A stretch of DNA of 62,568 bases, the filler included, from Stramenopiles sp. TOSAG23-6 (lineage: Eukaryota): NCBI GenBank assembly GCA_900128565.1. It is 4 parts of 4 records of this genome, joined end to end, with 100 filler letters (N's around TTAATTAATTAA, not from the genome) between each part and the next. Parts side by side here need not be neighbours in the genome. Positions count along the whole stretch, not along the records: positions 1 to 15,661 come from LT636109.1; 3 more parts are not named here. The stretch is one strand, 5' to 3'. Within the stretch, counting starts at the first letter, position 1; each line of letters opens with the position of its first letter. Made by a program: the position numbers and the translations under genes. Positions 1 to 9,472 of this stretch are shown here, piece by piece. A model generated the notes under the pieces. That model ran no database searches, had not been told where the DNA came from, and was given only the letters and a program-made list of their open reading frames with translations.

Positions 1-161
1 ATTTATTTTTTTTTTCGTACGAAATTTTGTACCTAAACAAAAAAGATTTTTTTTTGAGTTTTTATTTCTATATGTTTCCATCATGAATTTCAAATTTATT
101 TTTTTTCATACGAAAATGTGTACCTAACACATTATACATTTTTTATTTTTTCACAATACAT
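1..161 (+). other. 3' part of a family intron ending CACAATACAT, with two internal modules
   Basis: Two T-run/CRTACGAAA/TGTACCTAA modules, then TCACAATACAT at 151-161 followed by an open frame. Confidence 0.75.
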
Positions 162-1195
162 GTCCTAACTGGTTTGATGAAAAAGATGAATGTGCACGAG
201 ACTTATTAACGACAGACTGTAGAGATAATCTACAATGTTCATTAGGATCATGCAAACCTCAATGTTATATTTGTTATTGGTTAGTAAAAAGTTTTCCTGT
301 TTTTGAAGAAATTTGCTCTCCAGTAACCCTAAAAAAAGAGTCATATACATCTGCTTTACAACAATCAAAAACTACATGGAAACTTAATGAAAAAGACTTT
401 TCAACACCAGATAATCCATATGAAAAACCTGGGTTAGGATCTGCAAAATTAGGGAAAGAATCATGGTCAAAATCACTGAAGTATTGTATGAGTATGTGGA
501 ATGAGTTTGTATACTCGCCAAAAGCAAGGTATACAATCCAATTTCGTGATTCATTTGGTAGCCATCCTTGGAGTGCTTCAACTGCATGTAAATGTATGTT
601 TTCATTATGATTTTTTTTATTATAAGAAACGCCCGATTCGTGTTTTCATCATGATTTTTTTTTTTAGTACAACATATTTTGTACCTAACGATAATGTATA
701 AAACAAACAATATTTTAGTACAATATATGTCTCGGTAAGTGTCCATATAATTCTTTTGAATCTTTAGATCTTTCTACACAATGTATTTATGAAGACAATG
801 CTGACCGAGCACTAAATTTATTTCCAGATTTGAATCCAGAATATTCAAATAGATACATTTGGGAAAAGAATCGGTATAATCCTGACCAGCAACAGGATAA
901 AAGTCCGTATGAACTACAAGTAGAATTTGCAAGATCAAAAAAACTAACAACACCAGATCCAGGTGCAGTGTACTCCACGTGGGATTTGACTGGAGCTGTA
1001 ACGGGAAAACAAAAAGCACAAAAACCTTTATTAGCAAGTGAACCAGGATTACATGCAATTGTTAATCCTCTTCTGGGAGTTCGACCTTGGGTGATGCTTC
1101 CTACTGGTGGTACAAATGATGAATCGACAATTAGAGATCCACAATTAAAAAATTCTCCTAGTAGTGAAGATGGCGTAAATGAGTTGGATACGTAA
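162..1195 (+). CDS. Cys-rich protein of unknown function, 5'-partial (exons 162-593, 729-1195)
   Basis: Open frame PNWFDEKDECARD...ASTACK. Removing the GT..AT intron 594-728 joins it to CLGKCPY...NPEYSNRY, the frame of ORF 830-1195. Confidence 0.65.
594..728 (+). other. GT-AT intron (family)
   Basis: GTATGTTTT...TTTTGTACCTAAC...CAATATAT; removal restores ACKCLGKCPY. Confidence 0.8.
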
Positions 1196-1285
1196 TCCTT
1201 TATAATATATTTTTTCATGTATGTACTATGAAACAAATGATTTCTCTTTGATACAATTTTATTTTTTCGTAGTAAAAATAGCTTT

Positions 1286-2853
1286 TCAATAACCTTCTAT
1301 ATTGTATAAATCTATATTTGAAGATTTTTCATCATCCCATTGACCATTTACTTCACCACCTGAATTAAACCAATCTGGGTTTTGATCCCTTCTATGTTGT
1401 TTTGGTATACAAGGACCATTCTGTGTACCAATAGATGATGCTGTCTCTTCTAAAGCCATACGCATACATCTAGCTGACCATATAGACATATCTCGAGGAA
1501 CATTTATGTATGATGAAAAAATATTTCAAAAAAAAAAATTTTGAAAATTTGTTAGGTACAAAATTTTTATAAAAAACAAAATTGGAATTTGAAAAAAAAT
1601 AACAACATACATTCTATCTCGGAGATATCGCAAAGCTGCATCAGTACCTGCAACACAAGAAGAAGGAGGAACGACTGCAGTATTTGTAAGTAAATTTGTA
1701 ATAACGCATCGGAGACCAACGTCTACAGATTTTCTCATCTCTTCTGACATATTATTGACTCCTCGCAAAGCCGCATCAATACAAGCGTTTCGATGTCGGT
1801 ATACCCTTGCCACAGCTAAAATTTTAGCATCATCAGGTTCCGGGTAACCACAGTCAATACAATGCTCTTTACTATCAACGATTGTCGGATGTACACATTC
1901 ATCAATATGTAGCTTACATGCCTGTTGGTATTTGTCTCCACTTTCATAACATCCACCCATCTGTGGTGGTAAATCATGAGCATGTGTATGAAAATCAGAT
2001 TGGATCGATATACACTGTGAAAAATATTTTTTTTTTTTGGATAAAAATTGGTTAGGTACAAATTTTCTTATGAAAAAAAATAATAATCTCGAAATATTTT
2101 GAAAAAAACGTACTTATACACAGGCCGACTTTCTAATGCTTCAAACCAATCCGAAATACCAGGGAAATCGTCTTTATTTCTTAGATGGAATCCTTTATAA
2201 TAATACAATGATGCGTTCATTCTTTCCATATATGGAACAAAAATTGTATCAACTATAGAAAACCCTGAAGATAGAAAAAAAGAGGAGGAAGAACTAGCGA
2301 GAACCTTATCAACTACTTGAGCAATACGAGTGAACTGAAGTCTTCCATTATTTTCATTGGTCTGCCTATAACACAACCATTGACACCAAGCTGAAAAAAG
2401 AGCCCGCTCTAACTTACGTAGTTTAATTACTTCTTTCGAATGCATTGATGGTGGAGTAACTGCATCACCCATTGTTCCAAAAGTCTCTTCTAACTTGGAG
2501 AGAATTACGTCAGACTCAGTGATGAGCTCTCCGTCTATTTCTAAAGCTGGAAGCATTCCCGAGCGAACTTTTTTTTTGAACCATCTTTCCTTATTACCAT
2601 AACAAAACATTGTTACTTTCGATACTCGGTATGGGACACGCTTTTCTTCCAACCAAAACCAAATTTTCTGACAGTATGGACACCATGCATGGTTATCTCT
2701 GTAGAGAGTGACTCGAACACTACTTTTACTTTTCCCAAACAAACGTAATCTAGACTGGGAAGAAGCAGGTCCATTTAACAAATCATGTGAAATGTTGCTT
2801 CTTTGTATGATTGACTTAATCGCATTCCATGCCAAAGGTACATTTGAAGACAT
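1286..2853 (-). CDS. Glutathione S-transferase family protein (cyanobacterial/algal type); exons 2853-2114, 2009-1611, 1505-1286
   Basis: Motifs [22 protein letters not shown] and SGMLPALE; spliced junctions [26 protein letters not shown] and [14 protein letters not shown]-terminal HRRDQNP. Confidence 0.85.
1506..1610 (-). other. GT-AT intron (family)
   Basis: GTATGTTG...TGTACCTAAC...CATCATACAT; removal restores [11 protein letters not shown]. Confidence 0.88.
2010..2113 (-). other. GT-AT intron (family)
   Basis: GTACGTTTT...TGTACCTAAC...CACAGTGTAT. The AT end gives the QSDFHTH frame; the AG 5 nt upstream does not. Confidence 0.85.
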
Positions 2854-3115
2854 TGCTTTGGAAATTGAATTAAGGCTATATAAGTTGTGTTCTATATTTA
2901 TCTTTGTGTGCTGTGCTGGTATGCTGCCTTGTTCCCCATCAGCTGATGTTTCAATTCTTGGCCAAAAAATGGCCAAAAATTCATCACACAAACCTGTTTT
3001 TTATAGGTCAACGAATATTTTTTTGAGAGTCAGCACTCAGCAGTCTCAAAAGTCAAGTGTAGTGTACACTTGAACCCTCACACACCCTGAAGGAATCATT
3101 CGCTAGTACGGCATC

Positions 3116-6100
3116 ATGGATGGTTCTCTAAAAGGGTTAACTCAAGGTAATAAAGGTCACTTTGGTCCTAAAGCTGGAGCAAAAGCAGCGAAGAAGAAGG
3201 CCTATAAAGATAAAAAGGCTGGTAAAGTTGGTCGCACTGAAAATGAGAAGCGTCAAAATCACAAAGCATTTGGCGTTGCTAACTATGGTCGAGTTCACCG
3301 AACTATTCAACGAAATAACGATCTCCGTCACCGTACTGAGGTTGTTGGTGCTCAAGATCGTAACAATGCAGCTGAAAAACTTAATCCTCCCGTNGTTGTT
3401 GTTGTCATGGGTCNAGCTGGTTGTGGTAAGTCAACTTTAGTGAAGTCGTTAGTCAAAAAATGGACAAACCAAACGTTGACGGACATCCGTGGTCCAATTA
3501 ACGTCGTTGTTGGTAAAAAAAGAAGAGTTACTTTGTACGAGTGTCCTTCTAATGATACAAATGCTATGATTGATCTAGCAAAGGTTGCTGATTTAGTTCT
3601 ATTAATGATTGATGCAAGTTTTGGGTTTGAAATGGAAACGTTCGAGTTTCTCAATGTTCTTCAAGTACATGGATTTCCAAAGGTATTGGGAGTTCTCACT
3701 CATTTGGATAAATTTCGTGTAAGTAAACGTCTTCAGAAAAGGAAAAAGAATCTTAAAACACGTTTTTGGACTGAAATTTATCAAGGCGCTAAATTATTTT
3801 ATCTTTCTGGTTTGGTGAATGGAAGATATCCGAAAAACGAAATTCATAATTTATCACTTTTTGTCAGTCGCATTAAATTTCGACCATTGTCTTGGCGTAA
3901 TACTCACCCATATGTTCTTGTTGATCGTTTTGAAGATGTTACTCCATCAGGGAAGATTGTGGAGGATGATACCATTTCGAGAACAGTGACAATGTATGGT
4001 TATGTTCGTGGAACAAATTTGAAGCCTGGTATGAAATTCCATGTACCAGGTGCAGGAGATTTTTTTCTCAAAACTGTTGCAAAAATGCCTGATCCATGTC
4101 CTTTACCTGCAATAGGAAAAGATAAAGATGGTAAAGTAATCCGAAAGAAATTAGGAGAAAAAGACGTTTTGATCTACGCCCCAATGTCTAATGTACGTTT
4201 TCATCATTTTAATTTCAATTTTTTTTTCATAGAAAATTTTGTACCTAACAATTTTTTTTCCAAAAAAAAAAAAAATATTTTTTCACAATACATATGGGCT
4301 CTGTTTTGTATGACCAGGACGCTGTATATATAGATGTACCTAAAATTAATTTTTCTCATAAAAGAGATCTCGTTCAAGAAGAAAAAAGTGAAGAAGAAAA
4401 TGAGAATTCGGATTCTTCTGAAGAGGATAGTTCTGAAGATGATGATGATGATGATGATGATCGTGTTGGTATTTCACTTGTAAAGAGGCTTCAAAAAGTA
4501 GATGACGATTTGCAAGATAGCATGCAATCTTCCGGTATTAGTCTTATTCGTGGGTCAAAAGAAATTGTTGATGATGATTCGAGTGATGATTCTAATGATG
4601 ATTCAAGTGATGATTCAAGTGATGATTCTAATGATGATTCTAATGAAACTGAACATCCAAAGATGTCGCGAAAGGAAAAGCGGCAAGCTAGAGCAGCCTT
4701 ACATCAAAAGAATAAAGACAAAAATGATGAAAAAGAGATTAAAAATGAATATGATATCATTCGCTCTCAATTATCAAATCTTGATAAAACATTGAGTGGT
4801 CGTACAACAAAAACAACAACAAAACACGATGAAGATTCTAATTCTGTGACAGATAAAGGCATTGACTGGAAATCTGCGTTGGCGGAGTCTGCAGCTGCCA
4901 CTTACTTAGATCGTATTTGTAGTAAAGTTGATTTAATGAAACTAGTGTATGGTGATTACGAGAGTATTCGTTCGTTTGGAGGTAAACGCAGTAAAAGTCC
5001 AAGTAATAAAGACGATGTATCGCCTTCAAAAAAAATTAAAAATCTATTTGATGCTTCGGATGAGAGTGACTCTGAAGAAGATAATTTCTTTACATTAAAA
5101 ACAAAACAAAATAAGGATTGTGGTACACCATCCCAGAGTACATGTAAGAATGATGATATCGATGGATATCTCAATGCTGATGCATTTGATTGTTCTCGTT
5201 TTATTATGCATCAAAAAGATTTTCAATCCTGGGAGGAGCACGAAATCCGTGAATCAATACGTGATAAATTTGTTACAGGCACTTGGAAAGATCCAAATGA
5301 AGATTCAGATTCTGATGATGACGATGTATCAGACTCAGGTTCTGTATGTTTTATTTTTTTCAAATTCGTTTTTTTTTTCGTACGAAGTTTTGTACCTAAC
5401 ATTTTTTTTTTGAAATATTTTTCCAAAATACATGTGGCTTTAGGTGATTGGGAAGACATGGAAGCAGATGTTCTCAATACTGTAGCACGTATTCGTAAGA
5501 AAGCAAATGGTGAAGACGATGATTCAGAATGTGAAGGTGATTTTGAAGATATTGAAGAAAGTCCTACCTCAGGTATAAGTAAATCTCCTGATGTTGTTGT
5601 TGATGATGATGATTCAATGTCAGAAAGCGACGAAGAAGCAGATGCTACTGTCGATGATAACTATGAAGGTGCTGCGTCTAATGATACTAGTTGGCGTGAT
5701 GCTCGTGACAGGAGGCGGGCGGAGAAGGCCGAAGCTCTTAAAGCCCTCAAAACCAAAAAGAAGGAAGAATTCGATGCTGCTTATGATCGTGGTAAGGCAG
5801 ATGAAGGTCCTGAAGTTTTAGATGAATTTAGTCGTGTGATGGCTGAAGCAACGAATCAACAAGCTATAATTAATGCAAATGAATTTGAAGATGAAAATGA
5901 AGAAACTAGAATATTACTGGAAGGCTTTAAAGCAGGTATGTACGTTCGTCTTGAGTTAGAAGGAGTCCCGTGTGAATTTATTAAACATTACAAACACAAT
6001 TCGCCTATTATTTTGGGAGGTCTCCTGGCACACGAACAAGCTTTAGGTCTAATGCAAATTCGATTAAAGGCTCACCGCTGGTATCCGAAACGTTTGAAAT

Positions 6101-7266
6101 GTAATGATCCGTTGGTATTTTCGATTGGCTGGAGACGTTTTCAATCTTTGCCACTTCTATCCATCAAAGATCCGAATGAAAGGATGAGAATGATGAAATA
6201 TACCCCTGAACATCTTCATTGTATTGCCACAATATATGGTCCTATGGTTCCACCTAATACTGGCGTTCTTGCTGTACAATCTGTTGATAATAAATCTAGA
6301 TCGAAAGGCTTCCGTATAGCAGCAACGGGTGTTGTACTTGAACTTGATAGATCTTTTGAAGTCGTNAAAAAATTAAAACTTGTTGGACACCCATATAAGA
6401 TTTTCAGAAAAACTGCTTTTATTAAAGATATGTTCAATTCCGACTTGGAAGTTGCAAAATTTCAAGGTGCAAAACTTAAAACTGTATCTGGTCTGCGAGG
6501 TCAAGTTAAAAAAGCAATTGGAACTAAAGGTTGTTTTCGTGCTACATTTGAGGATAAAATTCTTATGAGTGATATTGTGTTTGCGAATACGTGGGCAGAG
6601 GTTCATCCGAAACAGTTGTATAATCCAGTGTGTAATTTACTTGTTCAGCATTGCAAACGCCGTCGAGAAGAAGCTCCTGAGAAGGACATTGATGATCCCA
6701 TGGACGAGGATACGGTTGAGGGTGAAGCAATAAAAAAAACATTAAAAAATGACATTACAGCTACCCCTGGGTCCCAATTATTGATGAGAACTACTGGTGA
6801 AATCCGACACGATAGAAATAAAGCTATCAAGGTGAATGTTGATTCATTATACAGAGAGATTGAACGAAAACCTCGTCAATTTAACACAATGAAGATTCCA
6901 AAGACTCTCAAAGCTAATTTACCATTTGCATCGAAACCTAAGATGGTAGCTGCCACCAGTTTGGCATCGAAAAAACGTAAGAGACAAAAGAAGAAGGGTG
7001 CAGTGGCTAAACTTCGTCGTGCTGTCATGTATGATAAGGAGGAAGCGAAGTCCAACACATTGATGCAACAACTAAAATCGTTAGCTAAGGATACATTATT
7101 GAAACGCAGAGAAATTCAAAACAAAAAATCTCTGGTTCATAGAAAGCGTAAAGCTAAAGAAAGTGAAGGCCGCGAAAGAGTAAATAAAATGAAGAAGAAA
7201 CTCAAGTTCAAGAAAGAAGGTATTTCACTTTTGGTAAAGAAGAGAAAAGAAGAACAAGGAAGGTGA
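3116..7266 (+). CDS. BMS1: Ribosome biogenesis GTPase BMS1 (exons 3116-4192, 4294-5343, 5434-7266)
   Basis: P-loop GxAGCGKSTL; AKVADLVLLMIDASFGFEMETFEFLN; HGFPKVLGVLTHLD; C-terminal KLKTVSGLRGQVKKA and FRATFEDKILMSD; spliced LIYAPMSN-MGSVLYDQDAVYI. Confidence 0.96.
4193..4293 (+). other. GT-AT intron (family)
   Basis: GTACGTTTT...TGTACCTAAC...CACAATACAT; 101 nt; joins the two BMS1 ORFs in frame. Confidence 0.92.
5344..5433 (+). other. GT-AT intron (family), 90 nt, in-frame and stop-free
   Basis: GTATGTTTT...CGTACGAAG...TGTACCTAAC...CCAAAATACAT; read through as an F-rich insert in the ORF track. Confidence 0.85.
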
Positions 7267-7334
7267 TTATACTATAAAAAAATATTTAGAGAAGGTAGTT
7301 GATATTGCGTCATTTATTTATTTATTTCATATCA

Positions 7335-9077
7335 TCATATATCAAGCTCATCTTCAAAGTCGTCAACTTTCTTTTTTCTTGCATACGCACCAAATGCATT
7401 TGAAATTGCTTGTGATCGTAACATTCCAAAAGCAATCTTCATATCGGCTTCATCTAAGGAGTTACACTCACGAAAGTAAAGTGCATGATTCGATCCAGCA
7501 ATAGCTTGGAAACGTTTTCGAATATAACCCAACGCATTTTCGTAATTAGGACCTCCAGAGTAATCAAGAAAAAACATTTTTTCTTTATTTCGCAAATCTT
7601 TTGTTGCTATCATCTCTTCAAAAATATCTTTCTTATTCAAAATAACTGAAATATTTGTATATGAAAAAGCTTCTATATTGCATAAATATTTGAAATATTC
7701 CATAGATTCTTCAAGTTTGTTCTTGTATGGGTCTTGGGCTGAAACTGTAGCATAATCAGATAGTGATGCTATAAATACAACAACATGAACCTTGTCAAAA
7801 ATATGAAGCCATTTTCTTTTCGGCACATTGATAATGTCTAAGCCACTGGTATCAATCATTTCAAATGTATACTGACCTATTGTTTGTATCTCAGACACAG
7901 ATCCATAATTGAGGGCACCTGCACACATTGCATCATACATCTCCAGACTCCATTCTTCTTTCCAGATGTCGTCAATGTGCTGCATAATATGTGCAGTAGA
8001 TGAAGCAATATTTAAATCACCTAGCTCTTCTTGGCGCTTCCAGGCCTCTTGGATACCATTCATTTTCCAGACTCGATCAATGGCATTTGCTAAAGCGCTA
8101 TCCATAAACGGACGATCTGACATATCCTCATTATCCTCATTATCCTCTTCATCGGTACCATCTTTTTTTTCCTCCCCATCTTCGTCACTAGATTTAGATT
8201 TATTTGAATCATCAGAGTCGTTCTCCTCCGCAGCTTCTGCTGCTAGGGCTTCCATCATTTTGCGCTCTTCCTCCAGTTTCTTTTGTCTTTCTGCCCGTAG
8301 TTGGATTGCACGTTCTCTAGCAGCAGCTAATTCTATTCGTTTTCTGTTGAATTCTTTCCATTCAGCTTCAGCTTCAGCTTGCATTTTTTGTCGTTGAAAT
8401 ATTGACCGTATTATAAGTTCAGCTCCGCCTTCCTTATTTCTTTTTGTTCGCCATTCACGGTATGCTTTGTCTTTTGCGTTTTGTTCAGCTCGTTCTTTTT
8501 CATTCGCAATGCGCAACTCCCTTGCAGCATTATTGCGTTCGATGCGTTCGTACATTCCAAAATTATTAAATTCTACTGTAATTCGATTCTTGTAGCTGAG
8601 AATTAGTTGAATTGCAGCGATATCGTCACGTTCTTGATTTGCATAGGCTAGTTTTGTGTGCACGTCTTGCTCCATAACCTCTGCAGGTTTATGTTGTTCC
8701 ATTATACTAATTTTGAGACTTTTAGCACCATTCATTAAATTGATGATAGTTGTAACTGCAGTCACTTGAATTATTCGTTTAAAGTAGAGTAAATCCTCTT
8801 TTACCCAAGTCTTTGTGCCAAAGAGAATTCTTCCCATCTTAAAGAATGTTCGTCGACCACTATTTGGAAGACCCAAAGTCAAGATGTATAACTTTTTGTT
8901 TTCATCAATAATATCTCGATTACATTGACTTTTCAGCCGATATGATATCCTTCGGGATAAACTATCTCTCCTCATTTGTTCTTCTTCCTCCATGAGATCC
9001 TTCAAATCTCTTTGCCTTCTACTCATTATTTTACTTTTTTTTGCCACTTCCTCCAAACGACTTTTGATCTGACCCAT
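7335..9077 (-). CDS. Divergent heterotrimeric G-protein alpha-like protein with a large coiled-coil/acidic insertion
   Basis: MG start; ILTLGLPNSGRRTFFK (G1-like); KRKWLHIFDKVHVVVFIASLSDY; NKLEESMEYF; ILNKKDIF (G4). Confidence 0.8.
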   Translation of the reverse strand: MGQIKSRLEEVAKKSKIMSRRQRDLKDLMEEEEQMRRDSLSRRISYRLKSQCNRDIIDENKKLYILTLGLPNSGRRTFFKMGRILFGTKTWVKEDLLYFKRIIQVTAVTTIINLMNGAKSLKISIMEQHKPAEVMEQDVHTKLAYANQERDDIAAIQLILSYKNRITVEFNNFGMYERIERNNAARELRIANEKERAEQNAKDKAYREWRTKRNKEGGAELIIRSIFQRQKMQAEAEAEWKEFNRKRIELAAARERAIQLRAERQKKLEEERKMMEALAAEAAEENDSDDSNKSKSSDEDGEEKKDGTDEEDNEDNEDMSDRPFMDSALANAIDRVWKMNGIQEAWKRQEELGDLNIASSTAHIMQHIDDIWKEEWSLEMYDAMCAGALNYGSVSEIQTIGQYTFEMIDTSGLDIINVPKRKWLHIFDKVHVVVFIASLSDYATVSAQDPYKNKLEESMEYFKYLCNIEAFSYTNISVILNKKDIFEEMIATKDLRNKEKMFFLDYSGGPNYENALGYIRKRFQAIAGSNHALYFRECNSLDEADMKIAFGMLRSQAISNAFGAYARKKKVDDFEDELDI

Positions 9078-9472
9078 TTGAACTGTTGATTAGATTTTTT
9101 CCCGTAATGACGGCAATTCTAGTATGTATACAATAATAATGCTAACAAAAGTTTGCTAAGTGTATTGTGTAAGTTTAATCATATTCTCAAGCAGTCCCTT
9201 TCTTCTGTATTGGATTACAGGTTGCTAAGTACACAAAGATACCGTAGGCTACGGATACACCTCAACAGTTTTTAATAACGTACAAAATGAAAAGAAGCGG
9301 CTAGGGTTAGGGTTTATATATGTCATTTTTAAAAATATAATATTTCGAAAAAAACTGCGAAAAAATATTTTTTTTACTTTCGAGTTGCTTCACACAATTA
9401 TATAACAGTCATTCATTTCGCATTAAACAACCTAGTCATTGTTTAGAGGGCTTACTCAGTACATTTCAAAGA

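Noticed and set aside
4191-4291. Reading the family as U12-type AT-AC introns (boundaries shifted 2 nt upstream)
   Set aside because: The shift is possible only where exonic AT precedes GT. Eight of 26 donors lack it, GT is invariant, the AC position varies, and one copy ends in AG at the GT..AT register. For AT-preceded copies both readings give the same mRNA, so only lariat data can fully exclude it.
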